DNA of 62,217 bases from an uncultured Bacilli bacterium (GTDB lineage Bacteria > Bacillota_I > Bacilli_A > RF39 > UBA660), in contig CAJUGE010000090.1 of assembly GCA_910586295.1 (NCBI GenBank), positions 1 to 62,217 of the forward strand. Direction: 5' to 3'. The position numbers and the translations under genes are program-made. A model generated the notes under the pieces. That model was not told the origin of the DNA. It saw only the letters and a program-made list of their open reading frames with translations, and made no database searches. Below are positions 20,044-28,586 of this stretch, one piece after another (position 1 is the first letter of the stretch; every line of letters begins with the position of its first letter).

Positions 20044-21364
20044 CTTTCTTTAAAAGTGCTTTAAGTTCTATTTCTTTATCAAAACAAACACAACTATAAA
20101 TATTACCTTTGGTTTTATTTCTTAAAATTGTAAGTAAATCATTTTCTAAGTTTTCAACTAGCAAAATTTTTGATTTATCTATTTTGGCATATTCCATTCT
20201 AGTAAGCATATCATATTTAAATCTACCAACTAATACTATCTTATCTATTGATTTGTGGGTTAAGTCTTCAAAGTCAATATCCCAAATCCAACTTATATCA
20301 TTTTCACTATATCTTCTACTAGAATTATCGAATCCAAGAATAACAGTCTTTCTTCCTGGTTCATTTACAATAAAATCTAAAGATTGCTTATAACTTAAAT
20401 TATTTTCATTTTTACTTGCTAACATTTGCCACATTCTATTATCAAAATTATAAATATTAAGTCTCTTAGGCTTAAAAGCATCATCATTAATAACGTTAAG
20501 AATAGAGTTACTACTTAATCCAAGCTCACTTGTAAGAGCGTAACTGGCGATGACAAAATATACTGAGTAAAGAAAATTAGAGGGAAGACTTACTTTTTCT
20601 TTATTTATAAAGATTGTGCCTTTAACAACATTAATGTTATGTGCAAGATAATCTGGGTTTTTACGGCCCCATTTGCATTTAGGACAACTATAGTCTCCTA
20701 TATGTCCATAATTATAATAACTGTATTTGAGTTTGCTATTACATTTAGGACAATAAGAACCATCCAAATTATTTAGATTAGACTTAGTAGAGTAGTTGTT
20801 TTTATCTATTCCATAAGTTGTAAGTTTGCCTTTATGATTAATCGAAAGTGCATTAACAAGAGGATCATCTACATTAATAATAAGGTGTGTATTATCTTTT
20901 ATAATATTACGTATAACTCTTTGAATAAATTCTGGATGAGCATTTCTAGGAGGCTGGTCTCTAGTAATATTTGTAATAACTAAGTGTGTCAAATCAAAAT
21001 ATTTCAAACTATTACCTGAATGTCTCTCATCTAATTCCATTAAAAGAATATCTCCTTTTAATTTACCGCTCCAAGTAGAGTTATTTAAAATTAAGCTAGC
21101 AATAGCAGAAGTAACGTTACTTCCATTTTTATTATAGATAACCTTATAACCGTTCTCATTTAATATTTTAGCTACTAATTCTGTAGTACTACCTTTACCA
21201 CTAGAACCTGTAATTCCTATAACATACTTAGGCATTTTTATTTTGCTTAATACTCTAGGAGATATTTTAAGAGCGACATACCCTCCAATAACACTTCCAT
21301 CGCGCCTAATAAGTTTTGCTAACTTAGTTGCAAGTTTACACATAAATATACTTAAATATTTCAT
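20018..21364 (-). CDS. murT: Lipid II isoglutaminyl synthase, Mur-ligase-like subunit MurT
   Basis: Mur ligase P-loop (GITGSSGKGSTT), a Cys4 ribbon (CPKC...CPKC) and a DUF1727-type C-terminus. Confidence 0.8.
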   Translation of the reverse strand: MKYLSIFMCKLATKLAKLIRRDGSVIGGYVALKISPRVLSKIKMPKYVIGITGSSGKGSTTELVAKILNENGYKVIYNKNGSNVTSAIASLILNNSTWSGKLKGDILLMELDERHSGNSLKYFDLTHLVITNITRDQPPRNAHPEFIQRVIRNIIKDNTHLIINVDDPLVNALSINHKGKLTTYGIDKNNYSTKSNLNNLDGSYCPKCNSKLKYSYYNYGHIGDYSCPKCKWGRKNPDYLAHNINVVKGTIFINKEKVSLPSNFLYSVYFVIASYALTSELGLSSNSILNVINDDAFKPKRLNIYNFDNRMWQMLASKNENNLSYKQSLDFIVNEPGRKTVILGFDNSSRRYSENDISWIWDIDFEDLTHKSIDKIVLVGRFKYDMLTRMEYAKIDKSKILLVENLENDLLTILRNKTKGNIYSCVCFDKEIELKALLKKDGDINAKN

Positions 21365-21647
21365 TATTCCTAATTATAACGATAGGTCAAACACTCTCTA
21401 ATAAAGATTTGCCTATCATACTCCTTTCATAAATCTTCCATTACTATTACTATTATACCATAATCTTTACTTAATAATAAAATAACTTTACGTTTCTATA
21501 TGGCAATCACATAAAAATAAAGTGTAAAATTATGATAAGTAATAAAAAAACTTTTTATTATGATATTGTATTTGTAGTGTAGATATAAATGTTATTGAAG
21601 TAGAAAACATCTTAATTAACTGTATTATAAACAGTTTGTTTAAGATG

Positions 21648-22013
21648 TTAATTTTGTTTTTTGAAATTTATTCCAAACATTCCTCCTAGTGTTGAAGAAA
21701 GAAGTAGTATCATAAAATAAATAAGGGATTTTAGTTCTGGTAAACATCTAAATAATAGTGCTAATATTAGTATAAGTAGAATATTTATAATTCCTATTAT
21801 TAATCCTGCTAGGTAACCTCTTTTGTTACTTTTTTTACCTAAATAGAATCCTGAGTACATAAACAACATAATTACAAATATAAAACTTATTAGTGATACT
21901 GTTTTATAAGAGAATAAATTAAAATGTGCGAATGTTGTGATTATAAATAAGTATATAATTAGAGATATCATAAATGTAGCTATACTTCTTAAAATATTTT
22001 TATAGTTTTTCAT
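21648..22013 (-). CDS. Small polytopic membrane protein (hypothetical)
   Basis: 121 aa with four hydrophobic segments. SD agggggaa upstream. Confidence 0.5.
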   Translation of the reverse strand: MKNYKNILRSIATFMISLIIYLFIITTFAHFNLFSYKTVSLISFIFVIMLFMYSGFYLGKKSNKRGYLAGLIIGIINILLILILALLFRCLPELKSLIYFMILLLSSTLGGMFGINFKKQN

Positions 22014-22086
22014 ATTTCCCCCTAGTTAATTATATTTAGTGATTAAAATTTTATGAATAAATACATAATAAAAGTAGGTGATGATA

Positions 22087-22737
22087 ATGGAACTATTGAC
22101 TGTAGTATGTAGAACTGCATTTTTCTATGTATTTATTTTAATCATATATAGAATCATGGGTAAAAGAGAGATAGGACAACTCAGTATTCAAGATTTAGTA
22201 GTTAGTATTTTGATTGCAGAAATGGTAGCTATAAGTATAGAGAATACTAAAGATTCTTTATGGATGACTATACTTCCTATAGTTATTTTAGTTATTTTAG
22301 AAATAGTAGCTGCTTTTGCTGCATTAAAGTTTAATAGATTTAGGAATGTTATAGAGGGTAAGCCAGTTTTAATTATAAATAAAGGAGTAATTAATTTTAA
22401 AGAAATGGTAAGACAAAGATATACATTAGATGATTTACTTTTAGAACTAAGAAGTAATAATATTAAAAATCTAACTGATGTAGAGTATGCAGTTTTAGAA
22501 AATAATGGTAAATTAAATGTTTTCAAATATAATTTTCTTAAGATAAAGAGTGAAAATCCCTTTCCTTTAGTTTTGGATGGTGTTGTTCAAAGAAGTACGT
22601 TAAAATATATTAATAAAAGTGAGGCATGGCTAAAAGATTTGCTTAGAAAAGAACAAGTAGAAATAACAGATATATTTTACGCATTCTATAAAAATAATCG
22701 AGCTTTTATAATAAAAAAAGATGATGTTAGAGCTTAG
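22087..22737 (+). CDS. DUF421/YetF-family membrane protein
   Basis: RTAFFYVFILIIYRIMGKREIGQLSIQDLVVSILIAE is a typical YetF N-terminus. The start is ambiguous (GTG 22078, ATG 22081 or ATG 22087). Confidence 0.65.
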   Translation: MELLTVVCRTAFFYVFILIIYRIMGKREIGQLSIQDLVVSILIAEMVAISIENTKDSLWMTILPIVILVILEIVAAFAALKFNRFRNVIEGKPVLIINKGVINFKEMVRQRYTLDDLLLELRSNNIKNLTDVEYAVLENNGKLNVFKYNFLKIKSENPFPLVLDGVVQRSTLKYINKSEAWLKDLLRKEQVEITDIFYAFYKNNRAFIIKKDDVRA

Positions 22738-24044
22738 TAAGTTGACAATGCTTTTTTTAAACATTTAGTTTCTAAGTATGTTGATGCGATGAGGCTTACG
22801 ATTATACTAATTATTAGTCCATGCATTCCAATGCGCAAGAATGAAGTTACCGTTAGTGTTGTAAGTTTTATGAATGATGTGAAAAGTGTTATATACATTG
22901 CTTCTTTACTTTTGTTAAGTGCTTGTAGAGCGTTAGATATAGGTGTATTTATAAAGAATAGTAGAAAAAATGGCGCAAGTATGCGGATGTAATTTACTCC
23001 TAGAGTAGTATTATATATTAGGTTTAGAAAAAACTCTGGAATTGCAAATATAAAACTACTAGAGAATGCGCCTATTAAAAGTGATAAGCCTACAATTTGC
23101 TTCAGTCTTTTTTTACACATATCTATATTTTTTGATTCATAGTGTTTTGATAATTCTGGAATAAGTGAAGTTGATATGCTTTGTGTAAAGAATTGTGGTA
23201 ATAGTAGTAATGCTAATGAATACCCGTTAATAATACCATATTCTTTTATTATAAAATCATTTGAATAACCAACATATGTTAAGACATTAGTAAGTACTAT
23301 TGGTTCTAAGAAGTGTGCTATGCTTCCTACTATTTTGCTACTTGTGGAAGGGACGCTTATGTTTAAAACGTCATAAGCATCTTTTTTATGTGGTCTTAAG
23401 TCTTTTTTTTCTAGAGTCATTCCTTTAGGAAGTCCCCAAAGCATTACAATTATACTTGATGTTTCGCTTATCATATTTACAAGTATTATTACGCTTATGG
23501 TTAAAACTAAAGAGCGCTCTAGGCATATTGGAATTAAAAATACTAAAATAGCAATTCTAAATATTTGTTCAACTATATTGGATAGTATATAAACTCCCAT
23601 TCTTTGTTTTCCCCAATAGTATCCTTTTATGATACTAGAAAGACCTATGAATGGAAGAGTAAATCCTATGGATAATAATGGGTAATAGAGTCTTGGTTCT
23701 TGTAAGAATATATTTGCAAGAGGGTGAGCAATTACGAATATTATAATTAATGTTATTAAGTTTAATAGTAAAGATACTGGTATTATACTAAATATAATTT
23801 TTTTGCTAGAACGATTTGGAGCTGCCACTAATTTTGATATGGCTACAGGAAAAGAGAATGTTGCAATCGTTATGAATAAACCAAATGTAGGTGTGATTAG
23901 TGAGTATAAACCTAACCCTTCTACACCTATTTGTCTTGTGATTATTATTTTTAATAGAAATCCTAAGAATTTAGATAGAAATCCTCCTGTTAAGAGTATT
24001 AGCGTTCCCATTACAAATTTGTTTTCTTTTATATTTTTTATCAT
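22734..24044 (-). CDS. MOP-superfamily flippase (polysaccharide biosynthesis / SpoVB-MurJ-like)
   Basis: 436 aa with about 12-14 TM segments. The N-terminal GTLILLTGGFLSKFLGFLLKIIITRQIG pattern is typical of the SpoVB/MurJ group. Confidence 0.7.
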   Translation of the reverse strand: MIKNIKENKFVMGTLILLTGGFLSKFLGFLLKIIITRQIGVEGLGLYSLITPTFGLFITIATFSFPVAISKLVAAPNRSSKKIIFSIIPVSLLLNLITLIIIFVIAHPLANIFLQEPRLYYPLLSIGFTLPFIGLSSIIKGYYWGKQRMGVYILSNIVEQIFRIAILVFLIPICLERSLVLTISVIILVNMISETSSIIVMLWGLPKGMTLEKKDLRPHKKDAYDVLNISVPSTSSKIVGSIAHFLEPIVLTNVLTYVGYSNDFIIKEYGIINGYSLALLLLPQFFTQSISTSLIPELSKHYESKNIDMCKKRLKQIVGLSLLIGAFSSSFIFAIPEFFLNLIYNTTLGVNYIRILAPFFLLFFINTPISNALQALNKSKEAMYITLFTSFIKLTTLTVTSFLRIGMHGLIISIIVSLIASTYLETKCLKKALSTY

Positions 24045-24128
24045 AATAAATATTATGCAGGAGTTTATATTTTATTGCTAAATAGTTAGATAAATAGTAT
24101 AATATATTAAGAAAAGGACGTGGTAAAA

Positions 24129-25382
24129 ATGATACAAAGACCTAAGGGAACTTTAGATGTTTATGGTACTGATGGTACTATTTATAATTATATTTATAAT
24201 TCTGCACAAGAGATTATGAGTGGCTATAATTTTGAATTTATAAAAATACCTACATTTGAAGAGACTAGTCTCTTTTATAGAGGTGTTGGAGAAGGAACTG
24301 ATATAGTAAATAAGGAGACATATGATTTTGTAGATAAAGGTGAAAGAAAGATGACTTTAAGACCAGAGTTTACTGCAGGCGTTATTAGAAGTTATATAGA
24401 GAATAAAATGTATGCAGATAATTCTGTAAAGAAGTTATGGTATTTTGGAAGTGCTTTTAGATATGAGAGACCTCAAAGTGGTAGATACCGTGAGTTTACT
24501 CAGTTTGGGGTGGAAGTACTTGGTGTTAGAAATGCGTTTATGGATGCTGAGGTAATAAGTCTTGCTTATAGGTTTTTAAGTGGACTTGGGATTACCAATA
24601 TGAAAGTTAAACTGAATACGCTAGGGGATAAAGAAAGTAGACAAAATTATAGAGATGTTTTATATGATTATTTAAAGAAAGATTATGATAGTTTATGTGA
24701 TACTTGTAAAGATAGGCTAGAAAGAAATCCTCTTAGAATACTTGATTGCAAGTATGATAATGAGAGAGATTATATTAAGAATGCTCCTAAGACTTTGGAT
24801 TATTTGAATGATGAGAGTAAGAAGTATTTTGATGAAGTTAAAGAAGCATTAGAATGTTTGGATATTCCATATATTGTGGATTCTTCTTTGGTTAGAGGGT
24901 TAGATTATTATTCTGATACAGTATTTGAGATTATTTGTGATTATGAAGAGTTAGGTAAGGCAAATACAATATGTGCAGGTGGAAGATATGATGGTTTGGT
25001 TGAACTTTTAGATGGTCCTAAGACACCTGGTATTGGGTTTGCTATGGGGTTAGAGAGAATTATTATTATGCTTAAGGAAATGGAAGCTTTTGTTCCTAGC
25101 GAGAGACTACATTCATTTGTAATGAATTTGGATGGTTCAAGCCTTGCTTATCAAATAGTTGATGATTTAAGAAGTAGTGGTTTTTCTTGTGAGATAGATT
25201 ATACAGGTAAGACTATGAAGGGACTTTGGAAGTTGGTTGATAAATATAATCCTACATATGTAATTATAATCGGAGAAGATGAAGTTAAGGGTGATTATGT
25301 TACTGTTAAAGATAATGATACTAAGGAAGAAGTAAAAGTTAAGATTAGTGAACTTTTAGATTATTTTAATATGAATTTATAA
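24129..25382 (+). CDS. hisS: Histidine--tRNA ligase
   Basis: Class IIa motifs (RPKGTLD; LRPEFTAGV; FRYERPQSGRYREFTQFG; GGRYDGL) and an anticodon-binding C-terminus. Confidence 0.9.
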   Translation: MIQRPKGTLDVYGTDGTIYNYIYNSAQEIMSGYNFEFIKIPTFEETSLFYRGVGEGTDIVNKETYDFVDKGERKMTLRPEFTAGVIRSYIENKMYADNSVKKLWYFGSAFRYERPQSGRYREFTQFGVEVLGVRNAFMDAEVISLAYRFLSGLGITNMKVKLNTLGDKESRQNYRDVLYDYLKKDYDSLCDTCKDRLERNPLRILDCKYDNERDYIKNAPKTLDYLNDESKKYFDEVKEALECLDIPYIVDSSLVRGLDYYSDTVFEIICDYEELGKANTICAGGRYDGLVELLDGPKTPGIGFAMGLERIIIMLKEMEAFVPSERLHSFVMNLDGSSLAYQIVDDLRSSGFSCEIDYTGKTMKGLWKLVDKYNPTYVIIIGEDEVKGDYVTVKDNDTKEEVKVKISELLDYFNMNL

Positions 25383-25400
25383 TTTTGAAGGGTGGTTTTG

Positions 25401-25949
25401 ATGAATTTAGATGAAGATATAAAATTTGCAGTATTATTTCGTTTGATTAATACTGATGTGGAAATTCCAGTGTTTTTTCCAGTTAAGCCTATGATAGGAA
25501 GATTAAGTGAAGACAATAATGTGTTTACAGATATTTTAACTGGAAAGAAAACTATAAGTGTTTCTGAAGTGGCAGGAGTAAATGAAGAAGAATGTTTTGG
25601 AGTTTTAACAGATGTAAAGGTTTTACTAGCCTCAACAAATGAAAGTACAATTGAATCTGCGATTAGAAAGTTATGGTCTAGTATAGATGGAAAAGCTTTT
25701 ATTTGTGGTTCGCTTAATGAAGACTTAAGTGAACCTATGATGTTTCCAATTGAAGATAGTGAATATAAAAGAATTTTTGGCTATAGTTTGAAAGAAGAGA
25801 CTGTAGATATAGAAACTTGTAATAAATTAATAGATGACTATTTGAGTGGGAATATTAGTGAGTATGAATATCGTTACTTTTTAGAAAATCTTGAATTTCC
25901 TAGCAAGAGTAAGTGTAAAATAATTAATATAAATTTTAATAAACAATGA
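25401..25949 (+). CDS. Hypothetical protein
   Basis: ORF of about 182 aa with the SD gaagggtgg. No family recognised. Confidence 0.45.
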   Translation: MNLDEDIKFAVLFRLINTDVEIPVFFPVKPMIGRLSEDNNVFTDILTGKKTISVSEVAGVNEEECFGVLTDVKVLLASTNESTIESAIRKLWSSIDGKAFICGSLNEDLSEPMMFPIEDSEYKRIFGYSLKEETVDIETCNKLIDDYLSGNISEYEYRYFLENLEFPSKSKCKIININFNKQ

Positions 25950-25973
25950 TTTATTTAAAGCGAGTGAGAATTT

Positions 25974-26756
25974 ATGGAAGAATATAAAGAGATTGAACGT
26001 AGTATTATTAAGAGATTTCGTAAAGAGATTTATAGACCTTTCGTAAAAGCAGTAAGTGACTTTAATTTAATAAGTGATGGGGATATGATTGCTGTTTGTA
26101 TAAGTGGTGGTAAGGATTCTTTTTTGCTTGCTAAATGTTTAGAGGAGTTAATGAGACATGGTAAGATTAATTTTTCTTTGAAATTTATACTTATGAATCC
26201 TGGGTATAGTGAGGAACATTTAGAAAAGATTAAAAATAATGCTAGTAAGTTAAATTTAGATATTCATTATTTTGAATTTAATGTTTTTGAACAGATAAGA
26301 GGTAGTGTTAGTCCTTGTTATTTGTGCGCAAGAAAGAGAAGAGGTGCTTTATATAGTGAAGCACAGAAACTTGGATGTAATAAAATAGCGCTTGGACATC
26401 ATTTTGATGATGTTATAGAGACAATTCTTATGAGTATGATTTATAATGGGGAGTTTAAGACTATGATGCCTATTTTAGATTCTTCTAATTTTGAAGGTAT
26501 GAAACTTATTAGACCTTTGTATTTTGTACATGAGAGTGATATCATGTCTTGGTGTAGGTATAATCATTTAGAGTTTATTGACTGTGCTTGTGAAGTTACT
26601 AAAAAGCATATAGGTAAGAGAGAAGAGATGAAGAAACTTATGGAAGTACTTAATACTTATTATGAAGGTGCGACTCTTAATATTATGAATGCCACATATA
26701 ATGTTAATTTGAATACTATTATTAGTCATTATAAATCTGATAGTGAAGATAATTAG
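25974..26756 (+). CDS. PP-loop ATPase, TtcA-like tRNA 2-thiolation protein
   Basis: PP-loop SGGKDS (CISGGKDSFLLA) plus the Cys motifs CYLCARKRRG and CAC, as in TtcA-family enzymes. Confidence 0.75.
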   Translation: MEEYKEIERSIIKRFRKEIYRPFVKAVSDFNLISDGDMIAVCISGGKDSFLLAKCLEELMRHGKINFSLKFILMNPGYSEEHLEKIKNNASKLNLDIHYFEFNVFEQIRGSVSPCYLCARKRRGALYSEAQKLGCNKIALGHHFDDVIETILMSMIYNGEFKTMMPILDSSNFEGMKLIRPLYFVHESDIMSWCRYNHLEFIDCACEVTKKHIGKREEMKKLMEVLNTYYEGATLNIMNATYNVNLNTIISHYKSDSEDN

Positions 26757-26818
26757 CTTTAGTGAAATTTTTATGAAAATACTAGACTTCTAGTGTTGTT
26801 GTTTGATATAATTGAATT

Positions 26819-26957
26819 ACCAAGATGAGGTGTTAAAATAAACCGACAAATAAGTAATTTGGAGACCTAATTAACAGTTGGTGTTGAATGCTATAGTATA
26901 CTATAGAATCCTAAAGATTGTTATGTGGACTACCACCTCGCAAAAGCGAGTTTTATT
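26819..26957 (+). promoter_or_regulatory. Candidate structured 5' leader or riboswitch-like element upstream of tcdA (class unknown)
   Basis: Extended -10 TGaTATAAT at 26804-12. Outer helix gaggtg (26827-32)/cacctc (26934-39). Internal perfect hairpin ctatag-tata-ctatag. Terminator ctcgc-aaaa-gcgag+TTTT (26937-54) shares nucleotides with the outer helix. Confidence 0.35.
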
Positions 26958-26993
26958 ATTACACTTTGTTTTGGTTTTTGTTTGGAGGAATTA

Positions 26994-27671
26994 ATGAACT
27001 TGGATAGATTTGAAAAACTTGTTGGTGAGAGTAATGTTTCTAGGATTAGAAGGTTAAATATTTTGATTGTAGGACTTGGTGGAGTAGGTGGATATGCTTT
27101 TGAAACTTTAGTAAGATGTGGAATAGAAAATTTTACTATAATTGATGGAGATAAGATTGATGAGACTAATCTTAATAGGCAGATTATTACTAATTTAAGT
27201 AATATTGGAGAGTTAAAAGTATCTGAAGCTAAAAAACGTGCTTTTTCAATTAATTCTAATATAGTTATTCAAGATATGTGTATGTTTTTAAATGATAGTA
27301 ATTTTTCTATGGTTGACTTTAGTAAGTTTGACTATGTAGTTGATGCTTGTGACGATGTTAATGCAAAACAACTTATAATAAATAAATGTTTAGAAAATAA
27401 TGTTAAGATTATATCTTCTATGGGGACTGCTAGAAAGATGGACGCTAGTAAGATTTACATAACTACTTTAGACAAGACTAGTTACGATCCTTTGGCTAGA
27501 AGTATGAGAAAGAAAATAGATAAAAGTCAGCAAAAGAATGTGATAGTTGTTAGTAGTAAAGAAGAACCTATTGACACGTTAGGACTTGGAAGTAGCAGTT
27601 TTGTTCCGGCTACTGCAGGGATTTTTATAACGAATTATATTATTAATGATTATTTGCAAATTGACAAATAG
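26994..27671 (+). CDS. tcdA: tRNA threonylcarbamoyladenosine dehydratase (ThiF/MoeB-family, TcdA/CsdL-like)
   Basis: Rossmann motif VGLGGVGGYAFETLVRCGI..IIDGDKIDETNLNRQ. The roughly 225-aa size fits TcdA. ATG 26994 has the SD ggagg. Confidence 0.75.
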   Translation: MNLDRFEKLVGESNVSRIRRLNILIVGLGGVGGYAFETLVRCGIENFTIIDGDKIDETNLNRQIITNLSNIGELKVSEAKKRAFSINSNIVIQDMCMFLNDSNFSMVDFSKFDYVVDACDDVNAKQLIINKCLENNVKIISSMGTARKMDASKIYITTLDKTSYDPLARSMRKKIDKSQQKNVIVVSSKEEPIDTLGLGSSSFVPATAGIFITNYIINDYLQIDK

Positions 27672-27713
27672 TTATTTTTATGGTACAATTATAGATAGTT
27701 AGGGGTGTTTGTA

Positions 27714-28058
27714 ATGGATGAAAAAAGTATACTAAAAGAAAGAGAACAAAAACTAGAAGTAATAAAAGAAAAGTTTAAGAAACAATTAGATGAGTACTTT
27801 AGGAGATTTGAACAGATATCTGAAAATACAGAGTTAGATGATTTTGAGAGGCTTTGCCAGTTAATTTCTATTTACTATAAAATAGACGAGCTTACAAATT
27901 TTTGCACTTTTCTGAATCAAAGATGTATTATATATTTATTATCACAATTAGAATCTACGAATTATCAAGGACTAAGCGAGGAAGAAAAATCGGAAATAGA
28001 AGAATATAGAAAACTATTAACAGATGATAGGGGAGATAATCATGGATTTGGAAAGTAA
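27714..28058 (+). CDS. Hypothetical coiled-coil protein
   Basis: ORF with the SD agggg. Helical and charged. Confidence 0.4.
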   Translation: MDEKSILKEREQKLEVIKEKFKKQLDEYFRRFEQISENTELDDFERLCQLISIYYKIDELTNFCTFLNQRCIIYLLSQLESTNYQGLSEEEKSEIEEYRKLLTDDRGDNHGFGK

Positions 28059-28320
28059 AAAAAGAATGGCTAGTGCTTATTTAAATAAGGCAATTAGTTT
28101 TTATGATGAGCTTAATAAGTTAAAAAAGAAAATTTTGAGTGAGGAAGCTAGTATTGAGGGTGATAGTTTGTCTAATCTTCAAAGAAAAGAAGAATTGTTA
28201 ATTAGAGCTGGTTCTATTAATGAAATTCAGAAAGTCTTAAATGAAAGTGTTCTAGTTACTTACGAGTTTGTGAGCACATTAGTTGATATAGAACTTGGAG
28301 ATATAAATAGAAAAATATGA
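28042..28320 (+). CDS. Hypothetical coiled-coil protein
   Basis: ATG 28042 preceded by ggggag. Overlaps the preceding ORF by 17 nt. Confidence 0.4.
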   Translation: MDLESKKRMASAYLNKAISFYDELNKLKKKILSEEASIEGDSLSNLQRKEELLIRAGSINEIQKVLNESVLVTYEFVSTLVDIELGDINRKI

Positions 28321-28450
28321 AATACAGTATAAATTTTGCATTTAAAGTTTATGAAAAGTTTTGTTACAAATGGAAGTAGAATATTTTAATAGCATTTGAA
28401 TTGTCTATAAGAATTAGTTAAGGAAAATGCTATTTTACATATATTATTGG

Positions 28451-28478
28451 GATACTAGATAATTTAATAGTATCTTTT
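28451..28478 (+). terminator. Rho-independent terminator
   Basis: gatacta / tagtatc stem followed by TTTT. Confidence 0.55.
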
Positions 28479-28586
28479 GTAAATTAGTATAAACAAAAAT
28501 ACCATTAACGAATTTATAAAAGATTCCATTAAGTTCGCCTTGTTGTTATCATTTATGATGTGCTATAATCGTAATGGTGAAGTAAA

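Noticed and set aside
21365-21440. On the minus strand upstream of murT: an SD plus a 10-codon mini-ORF (MIGKSLLESV*) overlapping a gataggcaaa/tttgacctatc hairpin. This could be a leader-peptide attenuator.
   Set aside because: Mini-ORFs this short arise easily by chance, no terminator-like U-tract follows the hairpin, and there is no known precedent for murT-gatD. It is kept only as a note.
26925-26993. Upstream extensions of tracked ORF starts. Examples: GTG 26925 for tcdA, 5869 for the HTH gene, 18342 for the membrane protein, 42394 for the Fem-like gene, 60354 for the 60451 gene, 38698 for the repeat protein, and 10550 for hrcA.
   Set aside because: Each extension runs through a promoter, terminator hairpin or operator and has no SD. 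In each case an internal ATG or GTG has a well-spaced SD and gives a family-typical N-terminus.
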